Below, in pieces: positions 49,647 through 61,173 of a stretch of DNA of 64,000 nt (its first letter is position 1; each line of letters opens with the position of its first letter). Under the pieces are notes generated by a model. That model saw only the letters and a program-made list of their open reading frames with translations, ran no database searches and was not told the DNA's origin. Made by a program: the position numbers and the translations under genes. This DNA is from Lepidodermella squamata (lineage: Eukaryota > Animalia > Gastrotricha), in NCBI GenBank assembly GCA_047495785.1, contig JBLDXI010000030.1, positions 744,001 to 808,000 of the forward strand. Reading direction: 5' to 3'.

Positions 49647-51667
49647 GCACATTTTCAGGCCCGCCTAAGTTTCCTCCACGCGCGCGCTCCTATTGGCTGG
49701 CGTTTTGTGCGCGCGATTGCGCAACACGTGTGAGCGCGCGCTCAATGCGAGCAAACAAAATCTCGAATTTTACCCAAATTTATTTTTATTATTAAACTTG
49801 TCCACGCTCATGATAACACAGTGGACAGAGTAGTAAAAACTGAATATTCTCATCTAAAATTTGTATGGAATAGATTATTTGAAATTGAAATTTAATGAAT
49901 CGTTAGGACTTGCAGAATTGCGCGCGCACAAGTTAAAGTCGTGCCCGCGCATGGTTTTTAGTATTTAAAAACAGCGCGCGGCAGCTACAAAGGCTAACTT
50001 TCGAAATTCCTGCCCAGTTGGTTATTTTTTGCCTAGACGGAAAAAGTGATTCTGCCCGATGTTTCTGCCCGCTGTTTCTGCCCGCTCAAACGATTAGGGT
50101 GGATTTTTTATTTTCGAAAATCAATTAATGCTCTCGAAAATTCGGGAAAACCTCTCACCTGAAATAATGTTGCACAACTTCAATTTCCGTTCCCAGTCCC
50201 TTTACTACAACCTTCAGACTCTGACCAAACGAGTGAACAAGTGAATAACCTTTATTAGAATGTTTAAACTTTAAAACAAGTGTTTGGGCCGGATTAATTG
50301 TTAATAACGACGGAGCAATTCGAGAAATTGAAGATCGGCATGGGTTTAGCTTGCTTTACGGGTGGCTCATCGCGCGGGTCATTTTCGACGTTTCGAAGCA
50401 GCAGCGTTTGCGAGAAATGCGACTCGGCCACCACCAATCCTTCGGTTGGCTTGATCTCTTGTGCAGACACACCCGAAAGTTGATTTCGTTCTTCGTCACA
50501 TCGCGGAGATGGCGAATGATGGAGGAATAAATGCCTCGAATCGTTGTCGGCTCCATCGCGCTACCATCAGTCTTCGTCAACTGCTTGAGAAAAAGAGCGA
50601 CATAGAGATCCATATCCTTGACCGTAAGTTCAACTAATAGTTGCTCCGAAATGTGGAATCGCTGCTCGACAAATGCGACAAATCGGCTCCAGTGCTGCTT
50701 GGTTTTCTGAGCTGTGCCGTTTGCTTCAAAACCAGCCACGAAATTTTCGACTTCTTGAATGAACTCCGACGTATCACCCTCTTCATCGGATTCTTCTTCT
50801 TCGATATCAGCATCAAGTTCTCGTTCGAGAAGTCGAATTGGATCGGATTCTTCGCGCTCTTTCACTTCCACGGAGCCGTCAGCGAGAGCACCGAGGCCCA
50901 GGTCGCCAATATCAAAAGTGATCTCCATTGAAAATTCGACGGAAATTCGCAATATTCAATTGATAATAAAACAAGGAAATGAACAACGAACAAAAAAATT
51001 CAAAAAAAAAATTTGCTACAAATTTTAAGCTGGATTTCTTATTTTCGTTATTAACAACGGTCATCTTTCATACGCACTATACACCATTCCCCATTTTCAC
51101 TCGTCCGAGTGTCGGATTAACGAAAATAACCAACTGGGAAGGAACAGGAACTCTTCCCTTGTGTCTCGGGCAAAACCTCGAATTCAGCCCTTGAAAATAC
51201 CCTCGGGCTTCGCTTCGCTGCGCTCCGCTACGCCCTCGGGCATTTTCAGCGGGCAGAATTCTCGGTTCTGCCCTCAACACCGGGAAGAATTCCTTAATTC
51301 CTGGCGGTTTTTATATCAATTTGAAATTCATTATATTTGGAATCGATTGAATATGGTGTTCTCGCTCGAAAAATGTAAAGCAAATTTTTTTTATGTGTGA
51401 TGAACATTTGTCGTCTGAATTTTGTTAACGCGCGCGCGCACGAGTAACTAGTGCGTGCGCGCATTACTTTGAATGCACGTAAAACATTTTAGCTTTACAT
51501 TTTTCGAGCGAGAACCCCATATTCAATCGATTCCAAATTTAATGAATTTCATTTTGATATAAAAACCGCCGGTAAATTCGAAAGTTATCCTTTATCATTC
51601 ATTGAGCGTGTGGCCGACCAATCAGAGTGCGCGCGTGGAGGAAACTTAGGCGGGCCTGAAAATGTGC
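49647..51667. mobile_element. Non-autonomous TIR DNA transposon inserted in a GPCR exon
   Basis: 39-bp perfect TIRs GCACATTTTCAGGCCCGCCTAAGTTTCCTCCACGCGCGC at both ends; internal hairpin with arms of about 80 bp at about 51301-51572. Confidence 0.9.
50294..51299 (-). mobile_element. Internally deleted Crypton-type (tyrosine recombinase / DUF3504) element nested in the TIR element
   Basis: ORF 50356-50952 carries the Crypton/KCTD1/ZMYM-type N-terminal motif (TAQKT..WSRF..MDLYVALFL..KTDGSAMEPTTIRGIYSSIIRHL); an out-of-frame tail reads IFNFSNCSVVINN*; TTAATT direct repeats at 50294 and 51294; GC hairpin at about 51168-51273. Confidence 0.75.
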
Positions 51668-52305
51668 CAAAATGAGTCTTGGCACTAACAACGATGCCAT
51701 TGGCTTAGAAGCAGCGATACTTATTTTGACTGGCAGTGTTTTTCTGAAGCTAATCATTCTCAGCTTACAAATCAGGGTGGTATGTAGAGAATTCAATCTT
51801 TTTCGTAATCATTATTTCTGTTTTGCAGAAGCGATTTCTCATCAGCAAACGGGACAAAAAGCTAGCTTTAGCATTTTGCTGCATCGCAATCACATCGGGG
51901 GCAACAGCCCTTCTCGGATTGCTGATACCAGATCATTTAATTACAATTATGGCTTGCTTCTCTATGGCCTTTGTTTTGTTCACAACTTACACGTTCTCAA
52001 ATTTGGTAATATTGCATTATTTTTCATGACACTGTCTCAATTTTCTATTGTTCTGACAGATTGTTGTGGATGGGAGGCGAACAGCTGCACCCACACCTGT
52101 TGGATATCGCAACGCTTGTTGGAAAAATCAGGGCTTCAGGACGTGATTTGCAAACCGCGTTTCATGAAGACGAGAAGAAGCTCCACTGAATTCCAATATA
52201 AGATTTTAAATGTGGCAGGAAATCAGGGGGAAAATCCGATAGGCCGTCTAGCAAAATCAGCATTCATGTAAACGTTGCGAAGCATATTAAATGGGACGTT
52301 AAAAG

Positions 52306-52552
52306 CAGGGTGCGATCTTCGATCCCGGAGCTGCCAGGGATGGGAAAAAAATTTTTGCTGTATTTGCCAAAATTACTTGTTATTTTGGCGAATAACCGAG
52401 CGAAGCGAGAAAATTTTGAAGATTTATCTCTAAAACACGCTCCAGAACCTTTCAAAATTGACGAAATAGAGGAATAAATTCTCATTTCGTCGTCTGGCCC
52501 GGCCGAGCTGGGGGGATGATCCCCCCCATCCCCCCCTGAAAGTCGCACACTG
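52306..52552. mobile_element. hAT-like MITE family B (best preserved copy)
   Basis: Ends CAGGGTGCGA / TCGCACACTG; perfect 8-bp TSD GTTAAAAG. Confidence 0.88.
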
Positions 52553-52690
52553 GTTAAAAGATAAGAAGGTATTGGAGCATTTTGACTACAATCTGCAATA
52601 GATATATAACACATGAGATGGTTGCCTTTATAGGTGATAAGTCTAGCCATGACATAGTTACTTCTGTGAATCAATGCGTAACCGTGCGAA

Positions 52691-52848
52691 CAGTGTGCGA
52701 AATAGGATCCGGGAGCTGAGGTGTTTTCTAGCAAGTTTCTAGCACTTAGCCGAAGAAACCAAAGGGTCCCCCCTGTGGATTTTTTAGCCTTCCTCTGTTA
52801 GGAGTCCCGGAGCTGGGCTGTAGCGACACCCCTGTACTTCGCACCCTG
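52691..52848. mobile_element. hAT-like MITE family C, copy 2
   Basis: Ends CAGTGTGCGAA / TTCGCACCCTG; TSD CGTGCGAA / CGTGCAAA (7 of 8); homologous to 38696-38867. Confidence 0.85.
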
Positions 52849-53102
52849 CGTGCAAAGTGCAAAGCGAATTTCTTATTGTTAGCTTCCCAGCCCTCGTATT
52901 CAAATCAAAATTCTATCAGGGCAAATAAACAGCGTTCTCCAGCGTTACCTAAATACATATGGCGCTTTAAATTGGAAAAATAAAAAAATATCAAGAAAAA
53001 GTAAATATGTTATGTTTATTTGTTCGGAAATTATAGAAGCAACAACGAACTTTTTATCGAAATACAACAAACGTAAGTTTTCGAAATCGTATCATAAATC
53101 TA

Positions 53103-56100
53103 TTATTCATAGTTGATAACATAAGCAGCGTAGAGATTGATACCACAGAACATGCCAACGGCTGCTGCGAAACCGATTGCATTCAGAAAATTGATAGAAG
53201 AAACGCGCAGGCAACCGAATTTTACGACTTTTTCGTTCAATTTCGTCGACTCAGTTGCGACGTAGCCGAGGAACAGATTGAAAAGAGTTACCAAACCGCT
53301 GTAGGCTGCCATGTAGAAGATGTAGTCAGTCAAAAGAATCCTCTCAGCGCTTTTCGGGACATCTTGCAAGACCTGATTTTGTGCAACTGTCAGAGCCAAC
53401 AAGATCGTGATTACGAACATGACTCGATCTGGCTTGCTGGCCTGCATGAGAAACGCAGCGAGTTCTAACAGCGTGAGAATAAGGCAAGGCCCAAGAATGT
53501 TCAGAAGATAGTAATTTGGCCGCCTTCGAAATGTCAGTGAGAACACGGCAACACTAACTCTGCTTCCAATTGTTGGAGCGGGGAGCATTTCAATTCTCGT
53601 TTCTTTTCTCTCGCTCAAAATTTGCCACTGGGCTATGGACGACAGATCATCGGGTATTACGAAAACCAAATCAGAGAAATTGGTTAGCGCAGCAGAGCGA
53701 TGAATTCCAAACTCAACCTCGCATGTCTGAGTATCGAAAGGGAACTTTCGAAGATTCAGTGAACATGTCGACGTGTAGACGCCGATTCTTGACCAGTAGA
53801 ACTGCATTTCCAAGTAAGTCGCATCCAGTGGTTTGATCACAAAGACAAAATCATCGCCTAGAATGGTATCGACCATGTAAACGTTATCAGGGCTTGTTCG
53901 GAATGTGAGTGGTGGTAGCCAGAAATTTTCCCTGTCTCCAACTAAAACACGTTCCGGATCTTGAATTTCGATAGGAATATCACTTCGTTTACAGGTCGTG
54001 ACGTTCCATCGCAGTTGAAGGATTCCGGACAGAGTTATAGTCTCTGCGACCTCTTTGATGCCGAAGAACTGGTCTACAACGAAAATCGCCCCGATTTTTG
54101 TAGGATTTCCATTGTTGGGCGGCGCGCTTCTGTCAGCCGAAAGGTCTTTGCAGGTGCCATTCTTGATGTCAGAATCGCGGATTCGAGGAGTCGCATTCTC
54201 CGCCGGAAGTTTTGGCAGCACTTCAGCAGCCTTTTCGGCAATCGTTAGCCTATTGGTTGCAGATGTGTCTGGTGGAGCTGTTACTGCTACAGGAACCGGC
54301 TAGGTGGACACTGACAATGACAGAGTCGAACTCATTTGATTCGAAGTGGTAGTCGGCATTTGCGTAGCTGACTTGGACCCTGTCGATGAAGAACCGGTTG
54401 TTTTCGATGAAGAAACCGGTGAGGTTGAGGCCGAATCTGACAGAGTTGAGCTTATTTGCTGCATAGTGGTCGTCGGCATTTGTGTTGTTGTTGTTGTTGT
54501 TGTTGTTGTTATGTTGGACCCTGTCAAAAAGCACGATAACTACTGGTTTTGAGTTTGACATGAAGAGCTCACTTGCTCTAAGTTTCAAATAAAACCCTCC
54601 TGTTCGACTGACCGAATTCCCACGGCTGAAATAAGTGACCAGCAGCTGCGACTGACTCGGCAATCGTTGCCAGTCGCTGCTAAAGTTCGAGAATGGTTGT
54701 TTTTCGTCAATGGAAAGTGGTCTCGAATTGACGAGACCTTTTTGGTAGTTCGCATAGGTAATGAGAAGGCCAACGCCCGCCGTATTGCTGCTCGTGAAGT
54801 TCAACAAAGAGTAGCTGAGCGATCAAGTAAAGATCAAACATAATATTACGCCATGAAACTTACTCTAGATATGACGTGGGCGGTATAATGATAAGCCACT
54901 CGCAAAAATCGATGACCCCCGATGTTTTTGCAGCAGGCGTGACTCCGATCGTTAGCTCATCAAATTCCTGATCGATTACAGTCAAGGCAGAGCAGCCCGT
55001 TGAAATAGGTGGCAGTTCAGAAGATTCAATCGCGTTGCTAGGAGGAGGCTCTACTTGTTCAAAGAAAATCGTTACAGACGCGTAATGCCATTCGTTTGTC
55101 GAAAAGAGCGCGACCATAGCTGAAGAAGTGCTCGTCGTGACTGTTTCCGTATTGCCCGGAGTTAGTTCATTCGGGTCGATTTCAAGCAGTTTCTTCGCTG
55201 GTCCTGATTGGCCAGTGTCAAAAATTGCCAATTTAAGCCCGGAATATGAGTCTCCAGTGACACTGTAGACTATCGCGTTCATTTTAGAGAACCTTCAAAT
55301 GGATAAGACTTTTGAAATTTTTGAAATATGATTTTGCTCATTTGCCTTATCACGTTTGTGCCGTCTGCGGATATTCGCCATTGAAAATAGAGGTTGAAAC
55401 CATTTGTATATCTTGATACGATGGTACCGTTTTGTCTGTTTGCCATAGCAATGGTTGTATGATCGTAAAGAGACCAGTCATAGTCAACATTTTTAAAAAC
55501 TGATTTGAACTCGCAAGATGGGCCAAAATAGACCCCAGGACACAAGCAAACATTCTCATTATAACACGAGCCTCCATTCTGACATGCCACCGGGCATGAA
55601 TGCGCTTAGGGAACAACGCATTGAGAGAGCTTTTGATTTCGTAGGCTCAACAAACTTACGTCCATCGCAAAACTGGCCTTTAAATCCCCATCGACATCTA
55701 CACCTGTGAGTAGTCGCATTACAGAGTCCTTGGTTGGGACAAGCCGAATCTTATACACCGCTGGGAATGTAAACTGTTGATGAATATTTCATTGAGACCT
55801 TACTAGCGTCATAGCAGTCCATTAGAGTGTCGTTCCATTCATTGCTAGCCAGGCATTGGTAGGTTCGAACTACACTGTCTCCGACCAACAGCTGAATTTT
55901 GTCGCCAGCCTTTGTGAGACTGTTGACTTCAAGTTGAGTAGCACTTTGCCACGTCCCGTTGTTGCCGAAGTACATATTATAGGTGGTCCCATAAGTTCGG
56001 ATCGAAGTGCATTGCCCATTTACTATATAATGCACAAATTTCTCGCTGAAAATATAGCGATTAAATAGCTCGTTCAACCTGTAATGAAGATGGCGGGGCC

Positions 56101-56130
56101 TAGAAGAAGGAGATACCGGAATTTCAGCAT
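53103..56130 (-). CDS. Multidomain pLGIC subunit 9: signal peptide, N-terminal domain, EGF, EGF, two CUB-like domains, Ser/Thr stalk, Cys-loop channel; in-frame TAG at 54300-54302
   Basis: Seven exons join in frame: MLKFRYLLLLGPAIFIT|VNGQC..CYDA|NSACPNQGLC..CRCRWGFKGQFCDG|PHSCPVACQNGGSC..GPSCE..NVIR|FSKM..CEWLII..YLD|YSLLNF..GGFYLKLRA|RSNITTT.., then CSLNLRKFPFDTQTC, PDR and 4 TM. Confidence 0.78.
54484..54510 (-). repeat. (ACA)n trinucleotide repeat encoding poly-Thr in the stalk
   Basis: GTT run on the + strand; reads as a Thr run in the spliced frame. Confidence 0.85.
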
Positions 56131-57148
56131 TCAACTATTCCACGCTCCCAAATTCAGAACAAGTGAAAAGCATATAAAAATTACCGTGTCACTGGCAAGT
56201 AGAATACTTGAGCTTGGAGCCAAGATAATTTCGCTAGCCGCCCGCTGAGTAGGATATTGCTTTTCACAATCTACAGTCATTATTACTTTTACTTCGAGGA
56301 AATTGCTACCCGAAAGCACCAGCCGCTTCAAATATTACCTCTAAAATAGTTTCAAAATAAATATTAAACTATTTTTGACGTTTTAATTAATAAAACCGCT
56401 GAGGTAGTGGCAGATGTTTTTCATGTAGAATCTATGCTTGGAACGAAAACCAACTGAGAAGGCAGATACCCAGTAACCCAATTGTCTGTGTTCGGGGTGC
56501 GCGAGGCCACCTCACCGCGAGCTGTGACAAGATAACAGGCCTAATGGGCCTAGCCCTCTGCTAAAACCGACGCGGGATGACGCAGGGGAGAAAGATAAAG
56601 AAATTTGCAAGTCAAATCCTGGACTTCAAATACCTCATTTACCAAATTGTTACTTGGTTTCGATCGCAAGCCCTCACATTGTATCACGAAACGCTTTTCG
56701 CTCTCCGCTCTCTCATACATGACATAAAACATTGAAATTATGTCAGAAGAACCCGGAATCCAGCCGGGTTAAGTAATTTACCAAAATGGTTTACAGAGAT
56801 TCATTGTGAGCCAACGTATGCGGGCAATTTGATCACCTGAAGCTTCGTTTACACTTTACACTGCCATTGTTTTTCCATTGATTTTGATTAAAATACGGGC
56901 GGACGAATACGAAAGATACGCAAGAGAGCGAACATTTCCATACGAATAGAGGCTCCCAGAGCTACCTCTTCGCAACACCTCATCCCTCAAACTTCCTTGA
57001 AAGAAACAATACTATGCAATGGCTTTTTAGCATTTGTTTCCACGATGTTTCCACGAGTTTCAATAAAAATCTGGGATTCTACATTATGTACACAGTTAAT
57101 TTCATTCCCTTGATGCTGCAGTGGAAGCCGTCAAGACGTAAAGTTATT

Positions 57149-57188
57149 CTCGGGACTCTCGGGACTCTCGGGACTCGGGACTCGGGAC
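57149..57188. repeat. Short tandem array of (CT)CGGGACT
   Basis: CTCGGGACT CTCGGGACT CTCGGGACT CGGGACT CGGGACT seen directly. Confidence 0.8.
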
Positions 57189-58155
57189 TAACTAGGGAGC
57201 AATGCGGCAATACCAGTGCTCCGAAAACATTGTTCATTGTTCACCGTTGGCCTTTTTGGCCTTAGCTCCGGCTTTGTAAAGGGAAATTTAGCGCTAACAG
57301 TTTATTGCTCCCGCTTTTAAACAGAATTTCGTCTGAAATAGTCCAAATAAATGGGCTGCTTTTTGTGTCATGATCGAACGAAACGGGGTATTCAGCCGCA
57401 TTCCAGCAATCATTCGATTCCCGGCTTCCCGGCCGCCTTGAACTGCCCCGCCGGCCGCATCCGAGTTTGCGTATATATAGCACTGCCTGATACAGTATTA
57501 TTTGAGTTTTTACTCATAGTGACGCCGAAATTGCCTCTCAAGAAAAATCTGAAAATCAAAACTTGTCGTTCTTGCCACCAAACAGGTTCATTTTTCGCCT
57601 ACTGTCCTCATTTACCAAGCCATCCTTCAAGACTCAAGACCAAAATTCAGCCTTGAAGACCTATTTCTGCAGGCTGCTCCATTGTTCGATTTTATCTTGA
57701 GACGCAATTTCGGAGTCACTATGGCCTGCAGCTACGATATCTTAGGACCATTTTACTCCCGTTATCACTTAAAATGTATTATCACTTAAAATGTCGGCAA
57801 TGGACATGCGCAGGGTGAAACCGTGTTGTTATCGACAAAAACAGCTATTCGGCCTAACTAGAGAAATACCAGCTAATGACAAACGCAATCCTATTGAATC
57901 TCTAAGCACATGCTCGGCTACCAAATCCTAACCTGAATCAGCTTTATTTATTATTATTATGCTATAAATTATAAATGTTTCACAAATTATAAATTATGAC
58001 ATTTATAACATTTTTTTCAATAACGCGAATTTTCCAGTTTTCAATGCATCGAAGCAATGGGCTTATATCATTTTACCATGAAATCATTAGCAACCAAAAA
58101 ATGACTCCATTTTTCACATTTTTTCAGCTGGTTTTCATTAACTTTTGAACCGAAA

Positions 58156-60167
58156 ATGGCGTCTTCGCCCTACAAGTCGATGTCAGAGTTCACGATAATT
58201 AAAATACTAGGCCGAGGTGGCTTTGGATCAGCGTGGCTTTGCAAACGAAAGAAAGACTTTGCAGATTATGTTGTCAAAGGGGCTAATCTGTCCGAAATTC
58301 GACGTAAAAACGTTGCAGATGGCGCGACAGCAGAAAAATTGGTCGATATGACTAGAAAAGAGGTACAAAAATTCCATTACGTTTTCACAAATTTAACTTT
58401 TTAATCCAAAGCATCTCAAAATGACCGGCGTTAGTCACGCAAACATCGTTAGAGTCTATGGAGCTTTTGAAGGTATGTAATTATGTCCTTAAGTTTTCAA
58501 ATATTGCGATAAGAAAATCGGGCAATCAGGGTATAACGAAGACGTAGATGCTGCGAGGAAGGGTGATTTGATGTACTACCTAGTAATGGAGTTTTGCGAG
58601 GGCGGCGATTTGTCGACATACTATCAAAAAGCTATGAGCCCAATACCTGAAATGCAAATTCAGAAGTGGTCTCGTCAACTTGTGTCAGCTGTCATTTTTT
58701 TGCATGACATTCCACTAGTACATCGCGATATCAAGCCAGACAATATTTTCGTGACTGCAGATGGAAACACTGTGAAGCTAGGTGATTTCGGGATCGCTCA
58801 AATATTCAATCCGTAACATATAATCAGTCAAGATACCTCCAATTACTATCTTGTGATATACTTCAGGGAGTCCGCGACGGCAGCCACTGGGCTGGCAACT
58901 TGGATATACGCCCCTCCTGAGATTTTTGATGGCAAGAAAAACTCACCAGCGAGCGATTGGTGGTCATTAGGAGTTACACTGTTCGAAATCTCAAATTTCA
59001 AAAAACCGGTAAGAAATTTCAACGAAATACAAAAGTACGAACTGTTCTGCTTTTCAGTTTGACACTCTACTGGCTATCATAAAGTAAATTAGCTCTAATT
59101 TTAGGAAATTAAGAACTCTCTACCTTTCAATTAGGGACCCTCCTAAAGCATTTGATGAATCTCGAGGGTATTCAGATGAACTTCAAGATTTTGTCATGTC
59201 GATGATAGAAAAAGATGTGCATCGCCGGGCGGCTGCAGATGAGCTTTATACGAGCAGATTTTTGCAGGAAACCAGCAAGACAGATGCAGCTTCAATTCCA
59301 GAAAGAACAATGGCCAAGAAAAAACCTAAAACTACCGTAAGACTCATTTTCAAAATTTCATTTTACCTTTATTCAAAAAGCAGCTGCACTTTGGTTTATT
59401 TGTTGACCATGGCAGGGCCCTAGACTCATGAGGAACCCATATTGCTTTTACAGATGCTTATCGACTTCGTGACTGTGAAAAAAGATTTACCCAAATTGGT
59501 ACAGCTACTGTCTAACAAGCGACTGGGCTTGAGCGCCGACTGCAGGGACAAAGACGGAGTTCCTCTTCTGAGCCGTGCCGCTGAAAAGGGCTATAATGAC
59601 ATTGTTGCAGCACTGGCAGGCCAGTTTAACGCGAATGTTGCGATCACTGACAAAGATGGCAGAACTCCATTGTGGACCGCCGCTTTGAATGGCCACGTCG
59701 AGGTAGTGATAACACTTGCTGGCCAGTTCAAGGCTAATGTTGAGGCAGCCCATAAAGATGGCCGCACACCATTATACGCAGCCGCCCAGAAGGGCCACGT
59801 CGAGGTGGTGGAGGCACTTGCTGGCCAGTTCAAGGCCAATGTTGAGGCAGCCCATAAAGATGGCTTCACGCCATTGTATATCGCCACCTTGCATGGCCAC
59901 GTTGAGGTTGTAAAGATACTGGCTGGCCAGTTCAAGGCCAGCGTCAACGCATCCAAGAATGATGGCTGCACGCCTCTGATTGCCGCTGCATATTTCGGCC
60001 GACAAGTATTAGTCGATATGCTGATCAATGAATTCCGAGCAGACGTCAACACAGCCAGTAATGATGGACGTACCGCTCTGTATTATGCTAATAACTGCTA
60101 CAAAAATGTTAAAGCCGAGATCAAGCGCCAAATAATTGAAATTCTCACAAAAGCGAACGCTAGATAA
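58156..60167 (+). CDS. NEK-like Ser/Thr kinase with C-terminal ankyrin repeats (about 7 exons)
   Basis: LGRGGFG, YVVK, HANIV, LVMEFCEGGDL, HRDIKPDNIF, DFG, YAPPE, SDWWSLG; a phase-0 intron (about 59337-59453) joins the kinase to ankyrin repeats (GRTPL..AA..GHVEVV). Confidence 0.85.
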
Positions 60168-60354
60168 TCTAGGACATTTCCGTGCTTCAGATTTTAAACC
60201 TGAGAATCATATTTTATCCAAGCGTGAATTAGATGGACGCGGCTCGTTTAATACGCACATTTTTTTGTAAAACATATGAGATCATCTCTGTCCAGATTTT
60301 ACCCAGTCAATAAAATGCAACTGCCAAGAAGTTTTTAAAGTTAGTTATATGTAA

Positions 60355-61173
60355 AGCTAGGTTCACGGACTCTGCGACTGCGCGACAAGTGTCGCGCGCG
60401 ACAACGCGACTGTCGCGGGTGTGTCGCACGAAAACAGCGACGCGACACACACAGATAGTCACGCTTGAAAGTTCTGTCGCGCGCGACAAACTTTTGTTGT
60501 GGCTAAATTGCGGGCCCACAGTAGTTCCACCCGGCCCCTAAGCGTCGGTTGCAATTGCAGGTAAAAGCGGAGCAAAATTATAGAAAAACATAAATAATTT
60601 TCAGCAACATTTTGGCCGCGCGCGCAGAAGTCAAATGGCTACTTTCAAATATCTCGGCGGTTTTTATACTGCAATAAAATCTAAACAATTCTCTATCGAA
60701 TGAATATGGGGGTTCTCGTGCGAAACAATGAAAATAAAGCCTATGCGCTTATTATTGAGTTATTATTAAACCAGTGTTTTGCGTGGGCGGCATTTGATCT
60801 AGAGCGGGCGGGCGGTTTATGGTTTATTATTATTACTTATTGCCTTCTTGCCTTCAACTTGTCGCGTTGTCGCGTTGTCGCGCTCAAAACAGGCGATTTT
60901 CACCCTCGCGACGCGACACGCGACAAAATCCATTGTTCTTTCTGTCGCTCGCTGTTACGCAACGGCCGCCCAGCCCTATTGTTCGGGCGCCCGTCGCGTC
61001 GCTGAGTCCGTGAACGCACTACCGTTTTGTCGCGCAAAACACTGATGCGACACCCGCGACACGCGCGACACCGCTGAGTCCGTGAACAAGTGCGCGACTG
61101 TCGCGCGCGACACCGGATTTGTCGCGCCGCTCAGTTGTCGCGCGCGACAAATCGCGAGTCCGTGAACCCAGCT
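60355..61173. mobile_element. PIF/Harbinger-like (Tourist-type) non-autonomous element
   Basis: TIRs AGCT[A/G]GGTTCACGGACTC with TAA on both sides; many subterminal GTCGCG/CGCGAC repeats. Confidence 0.88.

Larger units (their letters stand above)
47501..52146 (+). pseudogene. Class C GPCR pair B copy 2, interrupted in ECL2 by a 2-kb transposon
   Basis: Paralogous to 43451-46622 up to IIEC (49646); homology resumes in frame at 51669 (KMSLGTNNDAIG versus TVSLSDSDAGIG); downstream exons look intact. Confidence 0.82.

Noticed and set aside
55751-55753. Apparent stop before the first EGF domain of subunit 9
   Set aside because: It lies inside a 54-nt GT-AG intron (55750-55803); splicing restores a six-Cys EGF.
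56465-56560. Possible HDV-like ribozyme fold
   Set aside because: Only a P2-like pairing fits; P1 and P3 do not pair convincingly.
57149-57188. CRISPR-like or other prokaryotic array
   Set aside because: A simple tandem repeat without spacers in intron-containing eukaryotic DNA.
59505-60052. Repetitive antisense ORFs over the ankyrin exon
   Set aside because: Shadow frames of the 102-bp ankyrin repeats.
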